IMG/VR virus record: IMGVR_UViG_3300014526_000001
From: an uncultured virus (IMG/VR IMGVR_UViG_3300014526_000001)
Lineage: Duplodnaviria; Heunggongvirae; Uroviricota; Caudoviricetes
Reading direction: 5' to 3' (one strand)
DNA length: 64,000 bases
Both the position numbers and the translations under genes were made by a program. A model generated the notes under the pieces. It had not been told where the DNA came from. It ran no database searches and was given only the letters and a program-made list of their open reading frames with translations. Position 1 is the first letter of the stretch, and each line of letters begins with the position of its first letter. This document shows positions 49,857 to 60,951 of this stretch, piece after piece.

Positions 49857-50000
49857 TCAGCTTAACTTAGTGTCAGCTTCCTTCAAAATAGAACGAACAA
49901 TTTGTTGAAGCCTATTTTTTGTATCTGGATCTTTACATTTTTCAGATGTCATAGCGATTTTAGTTGCAATTTTTAGTAAGAATTCTCTATCTAGCTGCAT
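49857..50000 (-). CDS. Small hypothetical protein (47 aa)
   Basis: GAGGTG RBS; MQLDREFLLKIATKIAMTSEKCKDPDTKNRLQQIVRSILKEADTKLS; below the ORF-track cutoff. Confidence 0.5.
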   Translation of the reverse strand: MQLDREFLLKIATKIAMTSEKCKDPDTKNRLQQIVRSILKEADTKLS

Positions 50001-50286
50001 GATTATACACCTCTAAAAACAAGTAAAAGTCGAGAAGAATTTAAGGCTCCGTCTCGACTTCTTTTATCTGTATATTTTTTCTCCTCACATGATGTGGTAT
50101 TGTGAAACCGTTATGGCATGTCAATTGGCCAAAAAACTACATAAACCTTTCTTACTAAGCATCTTTAATTTTATTAACTAAACAATCAATTTCCTTGATA
50201 ATACGTTTTCAACTCTAGATAACTTTACTCAAGACTTTTATATTTATAAAATTAATAGATCTTTATCATCTTACAGTTTAACGCTA

Positions 50287-50360
50287 CGCCCCCAGAGAGA
50301 CTTGAACTCCCGACTCACGACTTAGAAGGTCGTTGCTCTATCCTACTGAGCTATAGGGGC
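50287..50360 (-). tRNA. tRNA-Arg (anticodon UCU)
   Basis: GCCCCTATAGCTCAGTAGGATAGAGCAACGACCTTCTAAGTCGTGAGTCGGGAGTTCAAGTCTCTCTGGGGGCG folds as a cloverleaf; CCA not encoded. Confidence 0.95.
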
Positions 50361-50674
50361 ATGAGAACAAACACTTACTAAAAGTCACAAGGCATTTAAT
50401 AGCATCATTAACTACTACTAAAGCTATTGTTTGTATAATATAAACACCCCTCCAGCTGATAAGGATATCCTTATATGACCTTTGTCTAGATAAAATAATA
50501 AAGACACGTTTGTTGTCTTTATTATAATGGCATTAGTTTACATATTGCAAGCTTTTAAATTTACATAAATTTCTGCCCTGCCTAAACAGTCGGAAAGTTG
50601 ACGATTACTAGCATAATTTAATGCAGTACTATTTGTTTTGAATTAGCGCTCAAGAGGCAAATTGCCTCCTTATT

Positions 50675-50950
50675 TTATTTGAGCTTATCTTGAAATACAC
50701 TAAGCTCTTTTAATTTATCCTCTAATGTGGTGAGTCTAGATTGCAATAAATTAACTGACTCATGAAGTTCTCCAATGTATTTGTCTTTCTCTTTATCAGA
50801 AAGCTTTGCTTCATCTAGATTTTTATTAAGCATTTCAATTCGTTCTTGTTTAACAAAAATAATATCTTGGTATTCATTGATCTTGTAAAATAAAATTAGG
50901 ATTGTACTAAGTAACAAAACATAAATCGTTATTTTTATGATTTTCATCAT
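50675..50950 (-). CDS. Membrane-anchored coiled-coil protein
   Basis: N-terminal hydrophobic segment followed by heptads; coupled to the glucosaminidase gene. Confidence 0.6.
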   Translation of the reverse strand: MMKIIKITIYVLLLSTILILFYKINEYQDIIFVKQERIEMLNKNLDEAKLSDKEKDKYIGELHESVNLLQSRLTTLEDKLKELSVFQDKLK

Positions 50951-51723
50951 TTCACCTCATATCCTGTATTTTGATTAGCCAAGATAAAAGCGTCAATCTG
51001 ATTCATAGTTGTAGCTATCTTAAATCCCCATTTTGAATCACTAGAATATCGCTTATTTACACCAGCAAGCGTTGGACCAGCATAGTACTGTCCAGAAGTC
51101 AAAAGATAATTGGCTTTTAATTTATTTGCTACAAAGACAACCCCATCTTCAATTGAGCTAAAATGAACGGCTGACTCATAAGGGGATTTATCATAAGCTC
51201 CATAGCCAAATAAGTTGCTTTTATTTCTAGCTATAGCTGAATTCCCCCAACCAGATTCATGAATAGCTAGTGATGTTAAAAAGATTGCATTTACCCCAGT
51301 CTCTAGTTCCGCATTTACAAATGTAGCTCCTAATCCAGCCATATTTGTCCCCTTTAAAAACTGATTTAACTCGTAAGTTGTGACTGCTGAGGGTGTCAAG
51401 AGATTTAAAGAATAAGCGTTATTACTTGGGTATCCGACTGCTTTACTAGAATATAAAAGCTTACCTCTATTTAAGACAAGACGGGAAGAAAATGTTACAT
51501 GATTTTCTTGTAGTCTAAATTTTGATGTGAAGGCTTCAAAATATGCATGCTCTGCTAATTCTAATTGTCTTTCAGATACAGTAATTAATTGCTCCGTTTT
51601 TGCTTCCAGTTCAGCTATCAATGCAAGCTTATTTTCATAATCCTCTAAAACCCTTGGATTAGCTGATGCAGGTAACACTGTTAGTGATAATCCAACTCCA
51701 GCTGCAAATAATGCTTTTTTCAA
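50947..51723 (-). CDS. Secreted N-acetylglucosaminidase (GH73-like)
   Basis: Signal peptide; GVNAIFLTSLAIHESGWG, NLFGYGAYD, YSSDSKW motifs. Confidence 0.85.
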   Translation of the reverse strand: MKKALFAAGVGLSLTVLPASANPRVLEDYENKLALIAELEAKTEQLITVSERQLELAEHAYFEAFTSKFRLQENHVTFSSRLVLNRGKLLYSSKAVGYPSNNAYSLNLLTPSAVTTYELNQFLKGTNMAGLGATFVNAELETGVNAIFLTSLAIHESGWGNSAIARNKSNLFGYGAYDKSPYESAVHFSSIEDGVVFVANKLKANYLLTSGQYYAGPTLAGVNKRYSSDSKWGFKIATTMNQIDAFILANQNTGYEVK

Positions 51724-51918
51724 GTTTCCTCATCCTTTCAATCTTACGCATTGTCTTAAAGATAAGGCGAATGCTTGGGTTTACTTGGCTTTGTACGCTT
51801 TTTTATATGCTTCTTTACACATGGTGAGTGCTTATATATATTACATAAAATATATACTTTATTCCCTAGATACACACGAATTTCGCCATAATGTTAATAG
51901 AAAAACAAGAGCAAAATG

Positions 51919-54138
51919 TTACTTGCTCTTGTTTTTATCTTCGATCTCTAATCGACGGTATATCTTAGTTCTCCCAGGTTTTAACTCTTGTAATTTTCCT
52001 TGCTTTATCTTGTATAAGTCTTTATAATGAGACCTATAATATGTGTATTCAATTTCTGAGGTTTTGAGGAGCTCCGGCGTTACGATCGCTAGGAGTTCCT
52101 TTTTCTTTTTCAACTGTCTGATTCGTTTATGCGAGAGTAAATCCTTCTGAGTAAAATACCCTTGCCTCTCTAACAAATCTTCAGCTGCTGCTTTGAATCT
52201 CTCAAAAGCTTTCATCGTTTCTGTGGATTTTTTGTTCTCTTTTGTGTCCTGTACATAATGAGTTGATGCTTCCTCTTCAGAAGTCCCCCACACATATGTC
52301 TCACGTTTATCTGCATGTGAAAATGAAAAATTTTTATCCTCCAAATCTTTCAATCTCTTTTCCGCATCCAAAAAGACCCTTTTCGTAAGAATTGGAATTC
52401 TAATAATATTTGTTCTGTACTGATGGAGTAATCCTTTAAATCGAATTTTATCCCTCTTTCGTGCTCGAGCCTCATGCACAAACAGAACATCAGAGTTTTC
52501 TGGTAAATACTCAATAAGACCAAGCGTTGCTGCTAAGTGCATTTTTTTGTGAATAGTCTTCACACTACTTCCCGCAACTGCTCTATCTTGCATCCATTTA
52601 GAAATATTCCTTACTTCCGCAATGTAAATTGCTTCTTCTTGACTCGTTATAGAAATATCTGGTAGATATATTTTAGCATCCAGCATCATCATTTCAAGTA
52701 ATAACAATAACCGAGAAGTTCTAAGTCGTTTATAAAGCCTAGGAGCAAATGCCGCAATTCTTTTATCTGCATATCTATACATTTCTGCAAAATCATCAAG
52801 CTCTCGACGTTTTTCTTTTTGCCATTCAGTCTCTAAAGTAAGATTGAATATATATGCAATATGATGACGTACCGAAGTACTGGATAACCCAGATAAAGCT
52901 TCAAATAAATCAAATATGTCTAAAGAATAATCTTCACAGCAAGCATAACATTTATATTTCGATTTACCTTCAGAAGTATATTCAAATCTAGCAGAGGGAT
53001 TTTTATCCTCATGATCTGGCAAAATACAAGATATACTTTCATAAGCTTCGCATCCAAATAGAATCTCCATCGGAAAAACAGAAGCAGAATGATAAAAATC
53101 TCTGCGACCCCTTATCACCATTGGCTTTAGCTCATCCAACCAAAATGGGAACATTATATCCTTAGTTATATATATATTATTAGTTAATCTATGTACTAAG
53201 GAGATAAATGTTTCTAGTTTGGTCAAGCTACCTTCATGCCTTGTGGCAGTAGGGCTAAAGGCAGTTTGGATTCGTTCTGCTACTATATTTTTGATTTCAT
53301 CCCAATCATGATTAGCTATTAATTTAACCATTTGATTAGTAGACTTCTTAGCAGCATTTCTAATTTGGTCTTTTCGTTCTGCAGCTGGACCTTTCGATCT
53401 TACTGCTGCTTTGTACGTGATTGGAACATCTAATAAGTGTTTAATAGAATTAACAACATCGTAATTCTCGTAAACTATTTGCTTACCGCCAAAAAATAGT
53501 CTTGCAGCATCTGTACAGCTTGTATCTGATAGTTTATAGCCTTTATAGAAAAAGGATTCCACTAGAGACATAGTAAGTCGTTCTCGGAGACTTTCATTGG
53601 TTACGAGATTATCTACTACAAAGAAGACTCGGTATTTTCTATGATTCTTTTCTGAGGATAGAGTTTCATAGATTACTGATGGATAAATTTCTCTGGAACT
53701 ACAGATATCGAGAATATCTTGTATTTCTAGATAGAGTTCACCTTCATATTTTACTTTGTCGAACTTACCTGTTTCCTTGTTCCTCACTTTGTATTCATTG
53801 TCGATATCAATAGCAAAGATTTGTTGGGACTTCCAGGTTCCTTTCGATGCAGTAGGACGTATCTTTTCTCCCTTGGCAATGGCTTTTAGGTGTTTATCAC
53901 TTAAGCCAAGTTCACCCAAAATTACTGTTTGCCCTCGCATAATATATGTCATTATTTCGGGAAGTGTAGCTGTAACAGGATGGTTCATAATTCGAACTTT
54001 TACAAGACCAGCACATTTTAATGCCTGTTCTTTAGTAGAAAAGCTTTGCGGATCCACCATGATGCTATATTCAGTTGTGTTAGACATGTCTAGGTATGTC
54101 CCCTCCCTCGCCCTATAATGTGGACAACTATTCGACAA
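51919..54138 (-). CDS. Primase-like replication protein (AEP-like N-domain plus CHC2 zinc finger)
   Basis: FAIDID, YETLSS...KYRVFF, D..RLFFG; CILPDHEDKNPS...KCYAC. Start may be ATG 54087. Confidence 0.7.
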   Translation of the reverse strand: MSNSCPHYRAREGTYLDMSNTTEYSIMVDPQSFSTKEQALKCAGLVKVRIMNHPVTATLPEIMTYIMRGQTVILGELGLSDKHLKAIAKGEKIRPTASKGTWKSQQIFAIDIDNEYKVRNKETGKFDKVKYEGELYLEIQDILDICSSREIYPSVIYETLSSEKNHRKYRVFFVVDNLVTNESLRERLTMSLVESFFYKGYKLSDTSCTDAARLFFGGKQIVYENYDVVNSIKHLLDVPITYKAAVRSKGPAAERKDQIRNAAKKSTNQMVKLIANHDWDEIKNIVAERIQTAFSPTATRHEGSLTKLETFISLVHRLTNNIYITKDIMFPFWLDELKPMVIRGRRDFYHSASVFPMEILFGCEAYESISCILPDHEDKNPSARFEYTSEGKSKYKCYACCEDYSLDIFDLFEALSGLSSTSVRHHIAYIFNLTLETEWQKEKRRELDDFAEMYRYADKRIAAFAPRLYKRLRTSRLLLLLEMMMLDAKIYLPDISITSQEEAIYIAEVRNISKWMQDRAVAGSSVKTIHKKMHLAATLGLIEYLPENSDVLFVHEARARKRDKIRFKGLLHQYRTNIIRIPILTKRVFLDAEKRLKDLEDKNFSFSHADKRETYVWGTSEEEASTHYVQDTKENKKSTETMKAFERFKAAAEDLLERQGYFTQKDLLSHKRIRQLKKKKELLAIVTPELLKTSEIEYTYYRSHYKDLYKIKQGKLQELKPGRTKIYRRLEIEDKNKSK

Positions 54139-54334
54139 TTAATAGCTCGTCCATAGCTACATTATACAGCTTTGCCAAACGAAATAAAATATCCACAGAT
54201 ACTTTTCTTTCTCCGTGCTCAACTAGCCAATAGCCAGTTGGAGTTTTATAGCCAAGTTCATTTGAAACGAAACTTATGCTGAATTTTGCATCTTCACGCA
54301 AATTCTTGAGCTTTTCTAAATTAATATGTACCAC
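54128..54334 (-). CDS. XRE-family HTH regulator
   Basis: LKNLRE...VSNELG...YWLVEHGERKVSVDILFRLAKLYNVAMDELL; GGAGGTG RBS. Confidence 0.85.
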   Translation of the reverse strand: MVHINLEKLKNLREDAKFSISFVSNELGYKTPTGYWLVEHGERKVSVDILFRLAKLYNVAMDELLIVE

Positions 54335-54435
54335 CTCGTCACCTCCATAGACGCCCCCTACAGAAACTTTATTACTCTGTAGAAGGAGTCATTTAAGGTT
54401 ACTGGCTTTGGCTTTAAGATGATTTCTTAAATATG

Positions 54436-54497
54436 TTATCCACAAAAATTATAATTTGCCTTAAGATTTCGTAGCTTAGATTCGTCATTTATCCACA
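54436..54497 (+). promoter_or_regulatory. Two perfect DnaA boxes (candidate origin region)
   Basis: TTATCCACA at 54436-54444 and 54489-54497, upstream of xre-rep and next to AT-rich DNA. Confidence 0.65.
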
Positions 54498-54827
54498 AGT
54501 AGAGAAGTTTTTAAAAAGCCTTTGTGTTGAAATGATTTCAATAGCACTTTAAAATTACCAGAATGACGTTAAAAAGCTCTTACTGCTTAGGATGAATAAA
54601 ACTATTAAAAAGTTTATAGAACTCTTCTGGGAGCTTCTAAAGCCTATTCTACGACATTCCGAGTGTAAATCTAAATCTTAAAACATAACAATATACTCTT
54701 TTTTTATTCTGAAGCTTAAGAATATCACCTAAGTACCCTTAAAATATACATTTTTAAGCGCGTCACTTAAATTTAGATTAATGTAAAATCTTTAATAGCA
54801 AATCTGAGTATATAGATTCTCTTAAAT

Positions 54828-55631
54828 TTAATTGTCAGATAACATTTCTATCGTGTATTTCTCTACAAGATGTTTTTTAATCTCTACTTTAATTTGATCT
54901 AGTGCTATTTGGGCATTAGGCGATTTGATATACTGAATTAATTCAAATGGCTTTTTGTCTTGCCAATTAGTGTCTTCAGCTAATCGATGCTCAAGGATGT
55001 TTTTAGAGAACATTTCGACACGCTGATTTACAGAATAGCGTTGATTAACAATTTCTTTTAACTTATTCGGCATTAGTGGTTTTAAACCAGTATAAAGCTC
55101 TCTTGTATAGCCAGATTGGGCCCATGTTATGTTTTGATTTACTTCATTCCAAACGATCGAACGATGTTCCCATTCTTCCTGTGATATATGAGGAGGTTTA
55201 CTAGTATCATCCCAATAGTCGTATTCTTGGAACCTAGAATTAGTACGGAGAATATCTAAATAACGTCTTTGTGAGGAAAAAAACTTTAAAAGAAATTGAT
55301 TTTGGTAAGGATAGATAACGACGTCACAAGTAAAATCAAATTGAGGTAAAGAAAGACCTGTTTTCTTATTTTTTTTTTCGGCATCCCAAATTTTATAATA
55401 AAGGCCTGTTAATATACTAAAACCACCCTTAAGATAATTTTGAAGAGGACTAGAATGCTCTATGCTAAGTTTTCTTGCGATAGTACTGTATTCATGAGCA
55501 GCTAATAGATCCGAATAACGTTCATGTGTTATTTCTACAGCCGCGTCGTTTACTAACTCCTGGAATTCATTTAATAGTTCATGCAGTTCTCCCATAGAAG
55601 CTGTGATTTTAAACGAGTTGTATATTTTCAT
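54828..55631 (-). CDS. Hypothetical protein
   Basis: 267-aa ORF with GGAGG RBS; YDYWDDTSKPPHISQEEWEHR..VW motif. Confidence 0.7.
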   Translation of the reverse strand: MKIYNSFKITASMGELHELLNEFQELVNDAAVEITHERYSDLLAAHEYSTIARKLSIEHSSPLQNYLKGGFSILTGLYYKIWDAEKKNKKTGLSLPQFDFTCDVVIYPYQNQFLLKFFSSQRRYLDILRTNSRFQEYDYWDDTSKPPHISQEEWEHRSIVWNEVNQNITWAQSGYTRELYTGLKPLMPNKLKEIVNQRYSVNQRVEMFSKNILEHRLAEDTNWQDKKPFELIQYIKSPNAQIALDQIKVEIKKHLVEKYTIEMLSDN

Positions 55632-56568
55632 TGCTTTTCTCCTCCATTAAAGGGCTATCCACTTACTTAGACAACCTTACATTATTAATCATTGCTTGAA
55701 TGAGTATGTGTTAGTTAAACAGATATTCAGATGAATTCCTCTCCCCTCTAAAGCCAATAAAGCGAACGGAAAATTGAATATTCTATGTACCACTATCATA
55801 GTAACATTAATAAGACATGACGGTGTTCTACACCTTGTCTTAATGCTAGAGTAAAAGATGAGAGACTTTGATACTTAAATGTATACTAAAATTAAACAAA
55901 GTAAAATCTAAAAATCGACTAAATTCGACATTTATAACTTTTTTATGGAGACTATAAGAAGTGTAGAATCTTGCTCAAATAATTTGAGTAAGTTTTATAA
56001 CATCAATTATCGGAATAATTAGATAATAAAGGGAATTTAATTCCCACTATTGGATATATATTTTTAATATGAAATACTTCCTAATATATGTGAAGTAGAA
56101 TCGAAGCTTTCGTATCTAATGAAAGTGTCCATAAAAAATGTTACAAAAGGGTTTATCTATCTTCTAATAAGATGTCCCTATATAAGTTTAAATTAAAACT
56201 GCCTTTAAAAAAGAATTTCCAGGCCATAGTTCTATGATTATGTTCATTGTAAAAATATTAACATCCTGACTATTGAAATTAAGAGCAATCGTTGCTACTG
56301 TAATTCAATAGTTTGTTTAACTATCCTTGTAAAGAATATTTTATATTTTAATTTAAAAAGCCTTTAAAAATGATCAATAATATGACGAGTAGTATCCTTG
56401 TTTCAACATACAAAGGGTATAAAAATTAGAGACAGTATGTAAAGATTATTTATTAACCCAAATATGGGAGTTATTATAGTTTCTATCAGAGGAGATAGTA
56501 GTATCTTTTTTATAATTACCAATAAGGAACTCCTATAAGATAGGGGATTGATTTATATTCTCTTTTAC

Positions 56569-57090
56569 TTATTCAGCTTTATTGACAAATTGAATCTCAA
56601 CCTTTGTTATACTTTCTCCCCAACCAGGTATTTCTTCCATAGTAGCGAAGACTGGATATAAACCATCACCAACACCACTGCGGAATGCAACTGCAAATCC
56701 TTCATGACCTTTACTATATGCAATAGGGCCACCTTGTTTTTTGTTATCATTAGTAACATTACAAATCTTTTCATAAGTTGAATCAGTTTCTTTATCAAAG
56801 ACGATTTTTTTACCAAGCGAAAGGGATTGCATATATGCATAACTAAGTATTTCATTAGCTAAATTTTCATCCTTTACTGCAGCTTTAATAATATGATTTT
56901 GGTAAGTAAAATGCAACTTCGGATACTTTAATAAAAGAAAATTATAAATTTCATGGTGAGCTTCGCCCCATAGCTTAACGCCGATTATATTGTCATTATA
57001 GCCTTTCCACTGACTATTAATATAGCAGGGATCCATAATAATTAACTGACCTGAATCTACACCAACGTGACCTAATAATACTTTTTTCAT
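56569..57090 (-). CDS. DUF4241-like protein
   Basis: GVDSGQLIIMDP and FRSGVGDGLYPVF motifs; GGGAGG RBS. Confidence 0.6.
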   Translation of the reverse strand: MKKVLLGHVGVDSGQLIIMDPCYINSQWKGYNDNIIGVKLWGEAHHEIYNFLLLKYPKLHFTYQNHIIKAAVKDENLANEILSYAYMQSLSLGKKIVFDKETDSTYEKICNVTNDNKKQGGPIAYSKGHEGFAVAFRSGVGDGLYPVFATMEEIPGWGESITKVEIQFVNKAE

Positions 57091-59609
57091 AAATGTGCCT
57101 CCCGTATATATTTTATAATTTCTAGGTATTTATTAGTTGCATTGTTATAAAAAAATATTTTTCTTTGTTGACATACGAAATACCTCCAAAAGTAAGTATA
57201 GAATAGGCACTCATTAGTAGCACATAAATCAAATCAATATTTATATATTAAAGCACTATACATCCTTGAAACTTCATAAATTATCACCTGCATAAAATAC
57301 AATTCCTAGTATAACCTAGATCAGATATTATTTGAAACCCTGTCTTCTATTTTTCGGAAGACAAAGTCAATTTAAGTAAGATACGGTTATTCGTTTATCA
57401 ATGAACCTAAGTAAAAAAGAAGATATATGTTTTTCGTATATAAAGGTATAGAGATTTATGTTTGTTTTATCCATTTAAATATTTACAAAAAAATTTTCAC
57501 TCCTGATGTATAAAATCATTCAAAATGGTTACTATAATAGTAAATAGATAACTTCTCACAAAACAAAGAAATTAGAGTTGTATTTGTATGTATAAATGAC
57601 TATCTTTTTTTAAGGTTGGATTCTAAAAAAGAATGGATAAATTATTATTTGGAAAAACCAGTACTAGTTTTATAGGATATAGATACTTTTAAGAACTAAT
57701 ATTTTTTGATCCGTCATTAATGAAATATTTCACCAATAACAAGACCTTAGTTAAAAGCATCATCATTTAGTTGTAAACTTAATATAGATGAGAGGGTGGC
57801 ATAGGATGTTGTTTTTTAGAGTAGGGGAGAACTGCGAAGATCTACAACAATATCGCTTTAAGTAACCCTTTATAGAATCTTTAAAAAATCTCGTTTATCA
57901 ACGTTAACAGACAAATTATAAGTTTAGAATTTTGCATATGTATTCTGGTTTACTAAATTTTGTTCTTAAGAAGAAGGGCTTAAATTGGGAGTAGACAATT
58001 TTTTAAATGCTGTTTTTGAAACAATTAGTATATAACAAGAATAGCCAAAACATTACTTCATAAATATTGTTCAAACTAAATTACAATCATTATTCTATAT
58101 TTCTAATACAGAATCCAGAATTCCTTAAAAAGATTAAAATCTAATTAATAATAAAGAAGACATTCATTTTGCGTCCAGGGTGGAATGTAGTTTTATTTTT
58201 TCATTTGCCATATCATAGGGGCTGAGCATAATGTCACTCTTATTAATTCTTACTAAAAACCTTATCGTTTAAAGAACCTGAGGAATTTTCAAACTATCTA
58301 TAATAGTAAAATCAACCTTATAAATCAAAGAGATTCATTTGTTTATGTGTCTAGAACATATTCAATGCCTAAAAAATCATAAGTTTTAAATATAAGACTA
58401 AAGCTTACTTGTTGTAACAAACATAATTTTGCAAGCATTAGTGATTAAAATTTCTCTTATTAAACTTTTACAATTCAATCGAAAATTTATAATTCCACTT
58501 CAAAATCTTTTAAATTAACAAAAATACGATTTAATGCATTGAACGTTGATAATTTTACGAATAGATACTACCTTATCTAATCTATTTGCTGCCTCAAAGA
58601 ATTGGTTTCAGAAGTAATCTCTTTTTTAGTAAAATCTTAATAAAATTTAGTCTTCATTTTATGTGCTATTAAAATCCTCCTATTAATTTATGATTTAAAA
58701 CGAGCTTACCTCCCCTTCTTATAAGTATAAAAAAACATTATTGTCTTGTTTAATAATTTTATATTTTGGAGATAATGATATTAGAAGAGTAATTAGAGTG
58801 GTATATACTAAAACAGCAATATATCTGAGAATGGCTTTTCGGTCAAATAAATTTCATAATGCAAAAGGAGCGTATAAGTACATTATTTGTACCATACTAT
58901 ATAAATAATGTAGTCATAGTTTAAAATCAAGTATAAGAATTTTTCATTGGCTATAGATATGTAAGAAGTGAGCCTGTTAATCTGTTTTTCTATTAACTAG
59001 TCAGATATTCAATAAATTTAATGATTTCGGCGTAAGTTACGATTTATCTTGTTTTCATTACTCTTAAAATTGGATAAAGATTTATTGTAATTTCGTTTCA
59101 ATAAGCTTTTCACATAAATTTTTTCTGACTCGCTATAACCGTCTGTATTTTAGATGTTTCGCGATTTTATATTTATAATTCTAGTGGGAAATTAATTCCC
59201 TTAATTAATAGAATATTCAGTTATTAAAGGGAATTAATTTCCCATTTAAAGAATACTCCTAGCTATTATTCTTGTGCAATCTTAGTATAAATTTTTTTAT
59301 TTCAATATCCTTCTAGCTAACCGGTTGGTTTTAACATATTGATTGCTCGTTGAAAAGAAGGAAACCTATACAGCATCAGGTAAACTTTATAAAAATAGCA
59401 TTAAACTATTTTTTCTAAATGATTTATAGACCACCCAAATCGTTAAAAAAAGAAACAACAAGTATAAAATCACAACAAAAGTAATACCAATAACATTTCT
59501 TGGTACAAACTTCAAAGACCAAATAGCAGCCATAATAGTAGCAAAAACAAAACGATCTTTTTTTGTTTCTGCATCCATTTTTTTAGACGCAATTGCTGGA
59601 GGGAGAGTA

Positions 59610-59804
59610 TTGCTGAAAAGATTTTTTAAAAATAAAAATGATGAGAAATGGCAAGGTGGAAATCCAAATGGTCGCCCTAAGTTAACCATCAATGAATTAA
59701 AATTGCTGCATTTAAAAGATGCTGGGAAAAGTAATCGAGAAATTGCTCGATTACTAGGTGTTTCTGAAGCAACTATTAGGAGACCGTTGAAAGAACTAAA
59801 ATGA
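59610..59804 (+). pseudogene. Resolvase-type C-terminal HTH fragment
   Basis: GRPKL...GKSNREIARLLGVSEATIRR with no catalytic domain upstream. Confidence 0.55.
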
Positions 59805-60065
59805 CTGGATACTCTATGTAGAAAACATATAGAAACGAATAAATGTTTGTATAGAAAACATGTAGAAATGCACTTTTTTATGGGGACACCGAAACACTAG
59901 GTTCTGCCTAGCCTATCACCCCAAGTGATAGCAGATTTCCCTTATGCTCTTTCACTCCCTTTTAATTTTTCTTCCACCTTATATTACTCATCACTTTTTT
60001 CTTTAAGATTCAAGATAAGAAAGATCCTAATTTTACAAAGCAAAATAAAAAAAGGACACCTTTTA

Positions 60066-60266
60066 TCAGGTGTCTTTTCTCAGAAATTCCACGGCTACTA
60101 AATTAATCAAGAAACCAAAACCTAGCACAATGTATATATGTTTTGGCCAATCAAAGATAAATGTCAAAACCCCAAGCAATAAACATATCAAAACAATCAC
60201 TACATAATTTCGTAATCTACTTTGTTTCTTTTTCAAAAAGATAATAGATAATAAGCGCTCCCTCAT
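60066..60266 (-). CDS. Small membrane protein
   Basis: 66 aa with two hydrophobic segments. Confidence 0.5.
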   Translation of the reverse strand: MRERLLSIIFLKKKQSRLRNYVVIVLICLLLGVLTFIFDWPKHIYIVLGFGFLINLVAVEFLRKDT

Positions 60267-60951
60267 CGTTTCATTCCCTTAGCTTACCTTCAAATAAGAA
60301 TTTATAGCATATACATTCATAAAGCCAATAACGTTCCCAAATGTAAGTTTGGAAACACATCGAAAAGCCATGAACATTGTTAAATCAACGTTTTATGGCT
60401 TTTCTTATGAACATATGAACATTGTTTATACATCTTTTTATACAAACAGCGTAAACGTTGGTATAACAGTTACTTGTTTGTTTTGTTTTTCGTTTTGCAT
60501 AAAATCGTGTATATTTCATATGACAAATGTGGCTATTTCTTATTAGTACTGATTGATCTAAAATTGCAGCTATACACTCATATCCTCTTTCCTCGGTGCT
60601 TTCTCTAAAAGCCGAATAACTCTTTCGTATCGCTTACCTATCTCTTCAAACTCTTCTCGAAAAACTTTTGTGACCAAAAATGGCGCCAATGTTTTCCCTA
60701 CAGCCACAATATCACCTGGTTGAAGATATTGACATCACGTAAATGTTTAGGATTATGCCAAGTATAGGGTTTAGGATATAGTTTCAATATGTCACTATCT
60801 TTTTTACTTTTGATATGAAATCCTGAAAGTGTATTATCATTTTTAGTCATACATAATTCCTCTTTTGATTAAAGTCTCGAAATTCATTTTAAAAACTTCA
60901 TGAGAGACGTAAAAACTTTTATATATACCCTCCAAGATATTTTTTCTACTA

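Noticed and set aside
50287..50360. tRNA as prophage attachment site
   Set aside because: No duplicated tRNA 3' segment seen and no adjacent integrase.
55772..55802. Ter-like site (CTATGTACCA core); similar partial cores near 45310 and 53190
   Set aside because: Only 10-12 bp match the B. subtilis Ter consensus as recalled, two lie in coding DNA, and none is near rtp.
59387..59692. 101-aa hydrophobic minus-strand ORF
   Set aside because: Overlaps the resolvase HTH fragment and lacks an RBS; at most a degraded membrane-protein fragment.
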